DNA of 64,000 nt from Pseudomonadota bacterium (lineage in GTDB: Bacteria > Pseudomonadota > Alphaproteobacteria > Sphingomonadales > Sphingomonadaceae). Position numbers and translations under genes: made by a program. The notes below the pieces were generated by a model. That model made no database searches, was not told the origin of the DNA, and was given only the letters and a program-made list of their open reading frames with translations. Shown here piece by piece: positions 49,734 to 59,703 of this stretch. The number at the start of each line of letters is the position of its first letter. The first letter of the stretch is position 1. The stretch spans positions 851 to 64,850 of the forward strand of contig JAFEEX010000029.1 of NCBI GenBank assembly GCA_018240895.1, read 5' to 3'.

Positions 49734-52103
49734 ATGAAATTCTCGCTCTCCTGGCTCAAGGATCACCTTGATACCGACGCCACGGCCGAAGTGATTGCCG
49801 AAAAACTCAGCGCGATCGGGCTTGAACTTGAAAGCCTTGAAGACCCCGCCGCGCGGCTGGCGGGCTTCCGCGTAGCCAAGGTGCTCACCGCCGAACGTCA
49901 CCCCGATGCCGACAAGCTGCAAGTACTCAGCGTCGATACCGGCGACGGTCAGCCGCTCCAGGTGGTTTGTGGTGCGCCCAATGCCCGGGCCGGGCTGGTC
50001 GGCGTGCTGGGCCTGCCCGGCGCGGTGGTCCCGGCGGGCGGCTTCGCGCTCAAGAAAAGTGCGATCCGCGGGGTCGAATCGAACGGCATGATGTGCTCGA
50101 CCCGCGAGCTGGAGCTGGGCGACGATCATGACGGGATCATCGAACTGCCCGCCGACGCGCCGGTCGGCATGGCCTTTGCCGAATATCACGGCAGCGATCC
50201 GGTGTTTGACGTGGCAATTACCCCCAACCGTCCCGATTGCATGGGCGTTTATGGGATTGCCCGCGATCTCGCCGCCGCCGGGCTCGGCACGCTGAAGCCG
50301 ATCGCAGCACAGGCGGTGCCCGGTGCCTACCCCTGCCCTGTCGAAATCCGCACCGACGATCCCGAAGGGTGCCCGGCGTTCTATGGCCGGGTCATCAAGG
50401 GGGTGAAGAACGGCCCCAGCCCGGCCTGGATTCAGGACCGGCTGAAAAGCGCGGGACAGCGCCCGATCTCGGCATTGGTCGACCTGACCAACTACCTGAT
50501 GCTGGCCTATGGCCGCCCGGCCCATGCCTATGACCTTGCCAGGCTGACCGGCGCGGTCGTCGCCCGCCGCGCGCGCGATGGCGAGGTGTGCCTGGCGCTG
50601 AACGGCAAGGAATACGCGCTAGACCCCGGCATGACCGTGATCGCCGACGACAATGGCGTTCACGACATCGCCGGGATCATGGGCGGCGAACATTCGGGTT
50701 GTTCGGAGACGACCACCGATGTCCTGCTGGAGATCGCCTATTTCGATCCGGTGCGGATCGGAGACACGGGGCGCAAGCTGGGCCTGACCTCGGATGCGCG
50801 CCAACGGTTTGAGCGCGGAGTCGATCCGGCCTTCCTTGATGCCGGGCTGGCGATCCTGACCGATCTGATCGTCGGGGTCTGCGGCGGCGATCCGTCCGAA
50901 GTGGTCCGCGCGGGAGAGCCGCCGATCGTCACCAAGGTCATCGCCTATGATCCGGCCATGGCCGCGACGCTGGGCGGGGTGGCAATCCCCGATGCAGAAC
51001 AGCGCGCAACGCTGCACGCGCTGGGTTTTGATGCCGACGCGCAGTGGAACGTCACTGTCCCGACATGGCGCCCTGACGTCGACGGCGCACCGGACATCGT
51101 AGAAGAAGTGGTCCGCATCCACGGCCTTGACGGCGTGGAAAGCACACCCCTGCCCCGCGTCGATGGCGTCGCCCGCCCGACCGCGACCCCGGCGCAGAAG
51201 CTGGAACGCAAGGTGCGCCGTGCTGCTGCGGGGCTCGGTCTCAATGAGGTGATAACCTGGTCGTTTATCTCCGAGCGTGAGGCTGCGGCAGTGGGCGGCG
51301 GATCTTGGGTACTGCAAAATCCCATCAGTGAAGATCTGAAGGTAATGCGACCGTCGCTGCTTCCGGGCCTGCTCTCGGCGGTCCAGCGCAACCTTGACCG
51401 CGGCGCGCCAAGCGTGCGGCTGTTCGAACTTGGTCGCCGCTACCTTGCCGATGGCGAACATCCGGCAATCGTGGCGGTAATGGCGGGCGAACGGACTCCG
51501 CGCCAATGGCAAAGCGGCAAAGCCCAATCGTTTGACGCATTTGACGCCAAATCCGTGTGCCTTGAGATTCTGCGTTCCGCCAACGCGCCGGTTGATAACC
51601 TGCAGTTCATGGGCGAAGCGGGGAGCTTTTACCATCCAGGTCAATCCGCCACCCTGCGCCTTGGCCCCAAGACGATTGTCGCCAGCTTTGGGATGGTTCA
51701 TCCCGAAACGCTCAAAATATTCGGCATCAACGTGCCCGTGGCTGCGATGGGCATCCACCTCGACGCGCTCCCCGCGCGCAAGGGGGCGGCAGGCTTTGCC
51801 CGCGCGGCCTATTCGCCGCCGGCCTTGCAGGCGGTGACCCGTGACTTCGCCTTTCTGGTCGATGCGGCGCTGCCGGCTGGCGATCTGGTTCGCACCGTCA
51901 AGGGTGCGGACAAGGCCAACGTCGTCGCGGCGCGGCTGTTCGACGATTTCCGCGGCGCGGGCGTGCCCGAGCGGCAAAAGAGCCTTGCCATCGAGGTGAC
52001 GCTGCAACCGGGCGAAAAGAGCTATGACGAGGCCGAACTGAAGGCGATTGCCGAACGGATCACGGCAGCGGCGGCCAAACTGGGGGCGGTGCTGCGGGGA
52101 TAG
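49734..52103 (+). CDS. pheT: Phenylalanine-tRNA ligase beta subunit
   Basis: MKFSLSWL, HPDADKL, TPNRPDC, RFERGVD, RDFAF. Confidence 0.97.
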   Translation: MKFSLSWLKDHLDTDATAEVIAEKLSAIGLELESLEDPAARLAGFRVAKVLTAERHPDADKLQVLSVDTGDGQPLQVVCGAPNARAGLVGVLGLPGAVVPAGGFALKKSAIRGVESNGMMCSTRELELGDDHDGIIELPADAPVGMAFAEYHGSDPVFDVAITPNRPDCMGVYGIARDLAAAGLGTLKPIAAQAVPGAYPCPVEIRTDDPEGCPAFYGRVIKGVKNGPSPAWIQDRLKSAGQRPISALVDLTNYLMLAYGRPAHAYDLARLTGAVVARRARDGEVCLALNGKEYALDPGMTVIADDNGVHDIAGIMGGEHSGCSETTTDVLLEIAYFDPVRIGDTGRKLGLTSDARQRFERGVDPAFLDAGLAILTDLIVGVCGGDPSEVVRAGEPPIVTKVIAYDPAMAATLGGVAIPDAEQRATLHALGFDADAQWNVTVPTWRPDVDGAPDIVEEVVRIHGLDGVESTPLPRVDGVARPTATPAQKLERKVRRAAAGLGLNEVITWSFISEREAAAVGGGSWVLQNPISEDLKVMRPSLLPGLLSAVQRNLDRGAPSVRLFELGRRYLADGEHPAIVAVMAGERTPRQWQSGKAQSFDAFDAKSVCLEILRSANAPVDNLQFMGEAGSFYHPGQSATLRLGPKTIVASFGMVHPETLKIFGINVPVAAMGIHLDALPARKGAAGFARAAYSPPALQAVTRDFAFLVDAALPAGDLVRTVKGADKANVVAARLFDDFRGAGVPERQKSLAIEVTLQPGEKSYDEAELKAIAERITAAAAKLGAVLRG

Positions 52104-52109
52104 GCACGG

Positions 52110-52227
52110 CCCCCTCTCAACTGCGGTTAGGCAGCACGCTGCCAAACCTTCGTATCTCTCCCCAGAAGGGAGGAGAGTCGGCGATGAGATAGCCCTCTCC
52201 CCTGAAGGGAAGAGGGTTGGGAGAGGT
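52110..52227. repeat. Intergenic CCCCTCTCCC-family palindromic repeat
   Basis: ccttcgtatctctcccc...gggaggagag matches the reverse complement of 27456-27523; sits between convergent pheT and aroC. Confidence 0.75.
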
Positions 52228-52232
52228 GCCTG

Positions 52233-53300
52233 TTACCCCACCTGCCCCCGGTGCAGCAGCTTCTGATCCGCCAGCACCAGCGCCATCATCGCCTCCACCA
52301 CCGGCACGCCGCGAATGCCGACGCAGGGGTCGTGCCGCCCCTTGGTACGGATTTCGGCGGCCTGTCCTTCGCGGTCGATGGTTTCAACCGGGGTCAGGAT
52401 CGAACTGGTCGGCTTGAAGGCGACCCGCACCTTGACCGGCTGGCCCGTGCTGATTCCGCCGGCGATTCCCCCAGCGTGATTGGCGGTGAACAGCGGCACG
52501 CCCGGTCCCGGGCGCATCGGATCGGCGTTCTGCTCACCGGTCAGCCGCGCGGCGGCGAAACCATCGCCAATCTCCACGCCCTTGACCGCGTTGATCCCCA
52601 TCATCGCCGCGGCCAGATCGGCATCGAGCTTGCCATAAAGCGGCGCGCCCCAGCCCGCGGGCACGCCCTGCGCCACGCATTCCACCACCGCGCCAACCGA
52701 TGACCCGGCCAGCCGCGCCGCATCGACGATCTTTTCCCAGCGCTGCGCCGCGAAGGGATCGGGGCAGAAGAACGGGTTCTGGTCAATTTCGTTGGCGTCA
52801 AAATTGGCCGGATCAATCATGTCGCCGCCGATTTCGGCAACATAGCCGATGATCGCCACCTCGGGGATGACCAGCCGCGCCACTGCCCCCGCCGCAACCC
52901 GCGCCGCCGTTTCGCGCGCCGAGCTGCGCCCGCCGCCGCGATAATCGCGAAAGCCGTACTTGGCGTCATAGGCATAGTCAGCGTGGCCGGGGCGATAGGC
53001 CTTGGCAACTTCCGCATAGTCCTTCGATCGCTGGTCGACATTCTCGATCATCAGCGAAATCGGGGTGCCGGTCGTCCGCCCTTCAAACACCCCGGAAAGA
53101 ATCTTCACCGCGTCGGGTTCCTGCCGCTGGGTGGTGAACTTGGACTGGCCGGGACGCCGCGCGTCAAGAAACGGCTGAATCATGCCTTCGTCAAGGGCAA
53201 GGCCGGGCGGGCACCCGTCAACCACGGCGCCCAGCGCCGGCCCGTGGCTTTCGCCCCAGGTAGTGAAACGGAACAGGCGGCCAAAACTGTTGAATGACAT
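52233..53300 (-). CDS. aroC: Chorismate synthase
   Basis: [27 protein letters not shown]. Confidence 0.97.
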   Translation of the reverse strand: MSFNSFGRLFRFTTWGESHGPALGAVVDGCPPGLALDEGMIQPFLDARRPGQSKFTTQRQEPDAVKILSGVFEGRTTGTPISLMIENVDQRSKDYAEVAKAYRPGHADYAYDAKYGFRDYRGGGRSSARETAARVAAGAVARLVIPEVAIIGYVAEIGGDMIDPANFDANEIDQNPFFCPDPFAAQRWEKIVDAARLAGSSVGAVVECVAQGVPAGWGAPLYGKLDADLAAAMMGINAVKGVEIGDGFAAARLTGEQNADPMRPGPGVPLFTANHAGGIAGGISTGQPVKVRVAFKPTSSILTPVETIDREGQAAEIRTKGRHDPCVGIRGVPVVEAMMALVLADQKLLHRGQVG

Positions 53301-53374
53301 AGGACTGTGGCTTTGTCGCGGATTGCGCGAAAAGTCCACTAGCGAGGTTGAATGTCAGGCCTTAGAAAGCCCCC

Positions 53375-53686
53375 ATGTTTCTGGTTTTATTTCGCAATCG
53401 AAAACGCGATGATCTGGATGTGGCGGCCTATCAGGCGGATGCCGCGCGAATGGAGGCGCTTGCGCGAATGCAGCCGGGATTCGTATCCTTCAAAAGCTAC
53501 GCCGCTGACGATGGCGAAGTGGTGGCCCTGTCCGAATGGGCCGATGCCGATGCGGCGCGGGCCTGGGGCAGCCACCCTGACCATGCCCGGGTCCAGGCAC
53601 GCGGAAGAAGCGCCTATTACCAGGACTATACGCTTTACACCTGTGACGCCCCCCGGACGCACAGCTTTGAAAGACCATCCGCGTGA
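53375..53686 (+). CDS. Antibiotic biosynthesis monooxygenase (ABM) family protein
   Basis: QPGFVS, LSEW, W..HPDH..VQ..GR..YY. Confidence 0.85.
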   Translation: MFLVLFRNRKRDDLDVAAYQADAARMEALARMQPGFVSFKSYAADDGEVVALSEWADADAARAWGSHPDHARVQARGRSAYYQDYTLYTCDAPRTHSFERPSA

Positions 53687-54030
53687 GCCTTGCCCTTTAT
53701 GGCATTCCCAACTGCGACACCGTCAAGAAGGCGCGCTCATGGCTGGACGCGCGGGGGTTGTCCTATGCCTTTCACGATTACAAGAAGGAAGGCGCAGATC
53801 CGGAGCGGCTTGCCGGCTGGATCGCCCAGGCCGGCCTGGACAAGGTGCTCAACCGCGCCGGAACCACTTTCCGCAAAGTGCCCGAGGCGCAGCGCGAGGG
53901 GCTGAACGAAACCGGCGCGATCGCGCTGATGGTGGCCCAGCCCAGCATGATCAAGCGCCCGATCGTTGAATATCCCGGCGGGTTGCTGATCGGTTTCAGG
54001 GAAGCCGAATGGGGGGAGGCCCTGCGATGA
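53683..54030 (+). CDS. ArsC/Spx (YffB-like) family protein
   Basis: YGIPNCDTVKKAR, FHDYKK, IKRP. Confidence 0.9.
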   Translation: MSLALYGIPNCDTVKKARSWLDARGLSYAFHDYKKEGADPERLAGWIAQAGLDKVLNRAGTTFRKVPEAQREGLNETGAIALMVAQPSMIKRPIVEYPGGLLIGFREAEWGEALR

Positions 54031-54623
54031 TCCTGAGCGATGAGGCATTGTGGCTGCTCGAATGGGTTGCGGCCGGGCTGGGCGTGATCAACATCGCCTT
54101 GCTGATCTTCCGGTCGCGGTGGAACTTTGCTTTCGCGATCGCGTCAGTGTCGATCTACATCTTCATCTTCTTCGAAAAGCGGCTCTATGCCGAATCCGGG
54201 CTGCAGGTGTTTTTCATCCTGGCCAATATCTGGGGCTGGGTGCTGTGGGTTCGCGCCAGCAAGACTGAACATCAAACCCAGGTCCGCGTCCGCTGGCTCG
54301 ATTGGCCCAGCCGGATCGTCTGGATCGTCGGCACCGCGGCGCTCAGCCTGAACCTTGGCTGGCTGATGCATCGCTATACCAACGCCGCGATGCCCTTTGC
54401 GGATTCGGCGATCGCCGGGGCCAGCGTCGCGGCGCAGATCCTGCTGGGCTATCGCCGGATCGAGAACTGGCTGATCTGGATTGCGGTCGATGTTGCGGCG
54501 GTGCTGCTTTACATCAACCGCGGGCTCTATCCCACGGCGGGGCTTTATGGCGGGATGCTGGTGATGAGCCTGCTGGGGCTGAAAGAGTGGGTAGAGGCGG
54601 ATATCCGGGATCGCATCGCGTGA
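54027..54623 (+). CDS. pnuC: Nicotinamide riboside transporter
   Basis: LQVFF..N.WGW, ENWLIWIAVD; multi-TM. Confidence 0.9.
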   Translation: MILSDEALWLLEWVAAGLGVINIALLIFRSRWNFAFAIASVSIYIFIFFEKRLYAESGLQVFFILANIWGWVLWVRASKTEHQTQVRVRWLDWPSRIVWIVGTAALSLNLGWLMHRYTNAAMPFADSAIAGASVAAQILLGYRRIENWLIWIAVDVAAVLLYINRGLYPTAGLYGGMLVMSLLGLKEWVEADIRDRIA

Positions 54624-55141
54624 TCACGGTGTGCTTTCACGGCGCGGAAAGTACCGGCAAATCGGTTCTGGCAGAAGAGTTGAGCCTGTCGCCCGGGATA
54701 TGCTGCGTTCCCGAATATGGCCGCACCTATTGCGAGGAGAACGGGACAGACCTGTCCATGGCCGATCTGCTGGCGATTGCCGAGGGAGAGCGTCTGGCAA
54801 TCGAGGCAGCCCGTGCCGTCCGGCCCGAACTGCTGATCCTGGATACCGACCAGTTGATGACCGCCGCCTGGGCGCAGATGCTGTTCGGAACGATACCGCC
54901 ACAGCTGCTGGCCTATCCCAAGGCCGATCATTATCTGCTGTTCGATGCAGATGTGCCGTGGATTGACGACGGCACCCGGTTCTTCGGCACCGCCGATCGA
55001 CGCCGCCATTTCGCCGGGCTGGCGCGCGATGTGCTGGTTGACGCCGGGGTGCCGTTCACCACGATCAGCGGTTCGTGGGACAATCGCGCTGCGCAGGTCC
55101 GCGCGGCAATCGCGGGGCTGGTGGCAGTGCGAACCGGTTGA
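54620..55141 (+). CDS. NadR-type ribosylnicotinamide kinase / AAA_28 protein
   Basis: GAESTGKS Walker A, VPEYGR, DTD, VPWIDDG.R; coupled to pnuC. Confidence 0.85.
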   Translation: MITVCFHGAESTGKSVLAEELSLSPGICCVPEYGRTYCEENGTDLSMADLLAIAEGERLAIEAARAVRPELLILDTDQLMTAAWAQMLFGTIPPQLLAYPKADHYLLFDADVPWIDDGTRFFGTADRRRHFAGLARDVLVDAGVPFTTISGSWDNRAAQVRAAIAGLVAVRTG

Positions 55142-55313
55142 TCTGCCTGACATTCGTTTGCCGTGGCAACGCTTTGCCTTGCCAAACCGTCACCCTGCCG
55201 CTTAACGCCCCACAGCCCTGCCCTGTCAGCAAGGGACCAGTCATAAATCCTGCGGCAAGGCATTGCGTGATGAATATCGTTCTTTCTTATTCCAGCCCAA
55301 GCGGAGCCTGCGC

Positions 55314-56507
55314 TTGACTCTGCCTTTGCCGCTTGCCGCCATTGCCCTTGCCGCCGCCCAACCGCTTCCCGCAGCGTTGCCGGCCCATGCGCCCATTGCC
55401 GTGCCCACGGCGATGCTGGGCCAGGCCCCGCCCGCTACGCCGGCCCCGGTCCAATCGCCGGCACCGCCGGAATCAGCGCCCCTATCCGCGCCGGCCTCTG
55501 GCACGGCACCGGAAGCCGCGCCGCCACCCCCGGCGGCGGTGGTTGCGGCCAGCCAGGACGACGAAATCGTTGTTGTCGCCCGCGGAAAACCGCCGCCAGG
55601 CGATCCGCTGCAGGCGCTCAACGCCGAATCGTTCAAGGTCGTGCAGGCAGTGGATACCGCCTTGGTTGCGCCGATCGCCTATGGCTACAAAAAGGCGCTG
55701 CCCAAGCCGGTGCGGCAGGGCCTGCACAACGTGTTGCAAAACCTTTCGGAACCGATCGTGTTCGTCAACGATCTGCTGCAACTGCATCCCGGCCGGGCGA
55801 TCAAGACGCTTGGGCGCTTCGTGATCAACTCCACCGTGGGGGTCGCCGGGCTGTTCGACCTGGCGAAAAAGAAGCCGTTCAACCTGCCCTATCACGTCAA
55901 CGGCTTTGGCTATACGCTGGGCTATTACGGGGTCGGGCCGGGGCCGTTCCTGTTCCTGCCGCTGATCGGCGCGACTTCGCTGCGCGATGTGACGGGGCGC
56001 GTGCTTGACCTGTCACTGGTGCCCGCTTTCGTTGGCAAGCCGTTCAACAATCCCTATTTTTCGACCGGCAAGGGCATCATCGATTCGCTGGATGACCGGC
56101 TGTACTATGATGACCTGCTGCTGACCATTCGTGAGGATTGCCCCGATCCCTATGCCGCCGAGCGGACATGGTATCTGGAAACCCGCAAGGCAGAGATAGA
56201 GGCGCTGCACAACCGCACCTATGATCTAAACGCCAAGCTGCCGGCCTGCCTGACCGAAGGGATGAAGGCCCGGGCCGACGCACGCGCCAGGGCTGAAGCG
56301 GCGAAGACTCCGGCGGCGAACCAGGCCCCGGTCGAAACCCCGGTGCAGCCCGCCACCGAACCGGCGCCGCAGCCTGCTCCGGCCGTGCCACAGGCGGCAC
56401 CGGCACCGCAGCCTGCACCGGCATCAAAGGCCGATCCCGTGCCTGTGCCGCCGCCCGTCACCGCCAATCAGCCTGCGCCTCAGCCTGCGATGGCAGCGAC
56501 GATGTAG
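55314..56507 (+). CDS. mlaA: MlaA/VacJ family protein with Pro/Ala-rich extensions
   Basis: DPL..LN, NL.EP, RFVINSTVG..GLFD, FGYTLG.YGVG.GP.L.LP; start uncertain. Confidence 0.85.
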   Translation: MTLPLPLAAIALAAAQPLPAALPAHAPIAVPTAMLGQAPPATPAPVQSPAPPESAPLSAPASGTAPEAAPPPPAAVVAASQDDEIVVVARGKPPPGDPLQALNAESFKVVQAVDTALVAPIAYGYKKALPKPVRQGLHNVLQNLSEPIVFVNDLLQLHPGRAIKTLGRFVINSTVGVAGLFDLAKKKPFNLPYHVNGFGYTLGYYGVGPGPFLFLPLIGATSLRDVTGRVLDLSLVPAFVGKPFNNPYFSTGKGIIDSLDDRLYYDDLLLTIREDCPDPYAAERTWYLETRKAEIEALHNRTYDLNAKLPACLTEGMKARADARARAEAAKTPAANQAPVETPVQPATEPAPQPAPAVPQAAPAPQPAPASKADPVPVPPPVTANQPAPQPAMAATM

Positions 56508-57214
56508 TTGAGCGCCAGATCGTCTGACAGATGCAGGCCCCGGCGCGGTGACCAGCCGATCCCGCGCGGCGTTCCCGTGGTCAGGCCCTGTTCCGCCAGC
56601 AGATCGCGCAGTTCGTCCGGTGTGATGAAATCGCCCCAGTGATGCGTTCCGCGCGGGATCATGCCCAGCCGTTCCGCCCCTTCAACCAGCAGCGCGCGTG
56701 ACCGCACGGTGCGATTGGGGGTGGACAGCACCATCAATCCGCCCGGCGCAAGGCGCGCCGCCAGCGCGGCGACGAAGGCGGCTTTATCCGCAACGTGTTC
56801 GATCACTTCCATCGAACAGACCAGATCGAACCGGCCAAGGTCCAGTTCTGCAATGTCCCCGTGGCGATAAGCGATCGTCAGGCCCGCGCCAGCAGCATGG
56901 ACCTTTGCCGCGGCGATGTTCTGCTCCGCCGCGTCAATCCCGGTAACGTCACCGCCCAGCCGCGCGAGCGGTTCGCACAGCAGCCCCGCGCCGCACCCGA
57001 CATCAAGCGCACGCCTGCCCGCCAGCGGCCTTACTTCGTGCGAATCGGTGTGCCAGTGAAGGTCGATCGCTTCCCGCAGAAAGCCCAGCCGGACCGGGTT
57101 CAACCGGTGCAACATCGCCGACGAGCCATTCGGATCCCACCAATCGGCGGCCAGTCTGCCAAAATGGGCGGCCTCTTCGGGCCTGATGGTGGTTGTTGAA
57201 CTTGCATTAGCCAT
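56480..57214 (-). CDS. ubiG: Ubiquinone biosynthesis O-methyltransferase
   Basis: WWDPNG..LH.LNPVR, LDVGCGAG, MEVIEHV, GTH.W. Confidence 0.93.
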   Translation of the reverse strand: MANASSTTTIRPEEAAHFGRLAADWWDPNGSSAMLHRLNPVRLGFLREAIDLHWHTDSHEVRPLAGRRALDVGCGAGLLCEPLARLGGDVTGIDAAEQNIAAAKVHAAGAGLTIAYRHGDIAELDLGRFDLVCSMEVIEHVADKAAFVAALAARLAPGGLMVLSTPNRTVRSRALLVEGAERLGMIPRGTHHWGDFITPDELRDLLAEQGLTTGTPRGIGWSPRRGLHLSDDLALNYIVAAIAG

Positions 57215-57293
57215 GCCCCGTCCCTAACAGGGCGCCCGCCGCAGGGCGAGGGGTTCTGACGGCAAGATTGTTGCTCGAACAGGTGGACTGCGC

Positions 57294-58562
57294 GTGGCCC
57301 GCATCGTGATGAAATTCGGCGGCACTTCGATGGCGGGATCGGAACGGATCCGCCGGGTCGCCAATATCGTCCGCCGTCAGCAGGCGGCCGGGCATGAAGT
57401 GGCGGTGGTCGTCTCGGCCATGGCGGGGGAGACTGACCGGCTGGTCGGCTTCGCGCGTGAAGCCAATCCGCTGTACGATCCGGCGGAATATGACGTGGTG
57501 GTGGCCAGCGGCGAGCAGGTTACATCGGGCCTGCTGGCCATGACCCTGCAGGCGCTGGGTTGCCCGGCGCGTTCCTGGCTTGGCTGGCAATTGCCGGTCC
57601 GCACTGACAATGCCCACGCCAAGGCGCGGATCGAGGATATAGATTCGGACGCCCTGCTTGCCAGTATGGCCTCGGGCGAAGTAGCGGTGATCCCCGGATT
57701 TCAGGGCCTGTCGCCCGAAGGCCGCGTCACCACGCTGGGGCGCGGCGGGTCTGATACCTCTGCCGTCGCTGTCTCCGCCGCGATCGGGGCAGACCGCTGC
57801 GACATCTACACCGATGTCGACGGGGTCTACACCACCGATCCCCGGATCGTCGCCAAGGCGCGCAAGCTCAAATACGTCACTTACGAGGAAATGCTCGAAC
57901 TGGCCTCGGTCGGCTCAAAAGTCTTGCAGACCCGCTCGGTCGGGTTGGCGATGAAGGAAGGCGTGCGCGTCCAGGTGCTGTCCAGCTTCATCGACGATGA
58001 CGCCACCCCCGCCGACGAAATCCCCGGCACCCTGATTGTCAGCGACGACGAACTTGAAGGATTGGATATGGAACGCCAGCTGATCACCGGCATCGCCGCC
58101 GACAAGAACGAGGCCAAGATCATCCTTACCCGCGTGCCCGACCGGCCCGGCGCGGTGGCGACAATCTTTGGTCCGCTGGCCGCCGCCAACATCAATGTCG
58201 ACATGATCATCCAGAACGTCGGGCGCGACAAGGGTGAGACCGACGTGACCTTCACCGTGCCCGCTGCCGATCTGCTGCGTGCCCAGACCCTGCTGGAAGC
58301 ACAGAAGGAAGCCATCGGCTTCAACCGGATCATCACCGATGCCAAGGTTGCCAAGATCAGCGTCGTTGGCGTCGGCATGAAAAGCCACGCGGGCGTTGCC
58401 AGCACCATGTTCCGCGCGCTGGCCGATCGCGGCATCAACATCCAGGCGATCAGCACCAGCGAAATCAAGGTTTCGGTGCTGATCGACGAGGACGAAACCG
58501 AACTGGCTGTGCGCGTGCTGCACACCGCCTATGATCTGGATGCCAGCGACGAGGCGGCGTAA
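57294..58562 (+). CDS. lysC: Aspartate kinase
   Basis: MKFGGTS, TLGRGGSDTSA, DVDGVYTTDP, ACT domains, STSEIK. Confidence 0.96.
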   Translation: MARIVMKFGGTSMAGSERIRRVANIVRRQQAAGHEVAVVVSAMAGETDRLVGFAREANPLYDPAEYDVVVASGEQVTSGLLAMTLQALGCPARSWLGWQLPVRTDNAHAKARIEDIDSDALLASMASGEVAVIPGFQGLSPEGRVTTLGRGGSDTSAVAVSAAIGADRCDIYTDVDGVYTTDPRIVAKARKLKYVTYEEMLELASVGSKVLQTRSVGLAMKEGVRVQVLSSFIDDDATPADEIPGTLIVSDDELEGLDMERQLITGIAADKNEAKIILTRVPDRPGAVATIFGPLAAANINVDMIIQNVGRDKGETDVTFTVPAADLLRAQTLLEAQKEAIGFNRIITDAKVAKISVVGVGMKSHAGVASTMFRALADRGINIQAISTSEIKVSVLIDEDETELAVRVLHTAYDLDASDEAA

Positions 58563-58651
58563 GCTCGATCTGACAATTACTGTCCGAACCGGCCCGAATC
58601 CGCGAATACTCCCTGCGGTCCGGCCCGACGATCTTCACCATCGCGGAGGCA

Positions 58652-59665
58652 ATGTTGCAAAAGACTGTTGTGGGCATTTTTCTGGTTGCCCTGCTGATGC
58701 TGTTTGGGGTGTCACCTGCCCATGCCAGCGGACACTATGAAAATTATGTTTGCGGCTATCACATCGAAACCCAGCCGGTGGGTGGCGATGGCAGCTATGC
58801 CGGGACGATCTACGGCAATGTGACGGTCCCCAATTATTGCAGGCGCTTCGTGCCCGATGTCTATGACTACAAAGGCGTGCTGGCGGTGGACGATTACGGC
58901 ATGGCTTATGGCATCTATGTGGCGAAGAAGAGCCTGTTTGGCAGCGCCACCGACTTGGCAATCCGTCAGTGCCAGGCAGCCAAGCCGTTCGGTAAGTGTC
59001 GCTCGGTCGCCTCGATCATCGGCGGAGCGTTGGCTTTGGCTTGGGATGGGGTACGGGGTACTTCGGCATGGGCCACCGACGAGGATCTTGACGCCGCGAA
59101 GCAGGCAGCGCTGCGTCAATGCGGTTCGTCCGATTGCCAGATTGCCTATTGGTTCACCTCGCCGCGCCGCACGACCAGCGACGATCCCGCCATGTCGGCT
59201 CATGGCTGGCTGCCGGGAAAGAACAACGCGCTGATCCACCAGATGCTCGCCCGCCAGAACATCCGGCTTTATGGGGCATGGGCAGTAGCGGAACGAGCTG
59301 CTCCCCAAATCGCCCAGCATCTGATGTTCACCCGGTCAATGGTCAGCGCAGAGGATGCCCGCAAATATGCCGTTGACGCCTGCCAATCGGATTTCAAACT
59401 TGGCCGTTGCCGGGTGGTCGCCGAATTCGCCGACGGCTGTTCGGCGGTTGCATGGGCCGGCGAGCCGACACAACCCGAGTTTTTCTCCGGCACCGGGGCA
59501 ACCGAGAAAGCCTCACTTGATGCAGCGAAGGCACCGTGCTTCGCCAAATATGGCGATCGCTGCGAAATCTCACGATCGGTCTGCAGCGGTGTTTCCTATG
59601 GCCAGTTTCCCACGCGCTATCTTGATCTGTCGCGTGATGAACGGGCGGCGCTGCTGAAGAATTGA
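58652..59665 (+). CDS. Secreted protein with two DUF4189-like Cys-rich domains
   Basis: signal peptide ending PAHA; repeated A..A...C...C pattern (AKQAALRQCGSSDC; YGAWA...AVDAC...GCSAVA...C...C...VCS). Confidence 0.65.
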   Translation: MLQKTVVGIFLVALLMLFGVSPAHASGHYENYVCGYHIETQPVGGDGSYAGTIYGNVTVPNYCRRFVPDVYDYKGVLAVDDYGMAYGIYVAKKSLFGSATDLAIRQCQAAKPFGKCRSVASIIGGALALAWDGVRGTSAWATDEDLDAAKQAALRQCGSSDCQIAYWFTSPRRTTSDDPAMSAHGWLPGKNNALIHQMLARQNIRLYGAWAVAERAAPQIAQHLMFTRSMVSAEDARKYAVDACQSDFKLGRCRVVAEFADGCSAVAWAGEPTQPEFFSGTGATEKASLDAAKAPCFAKYGDRCEISRSVCSGVSYGQFPTRYLDLSRDERAALLKN

Positions 59666-59703
59666 TCTCTCCACCGCGCCTGATAAAATCGAAAGACAGT
59701 TCG

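Noticed and set aside
54027-55141. pnuC plus NadR-like kinase as a novel system
   Set aside because: Well-known nicotinamide riboside salvage pair
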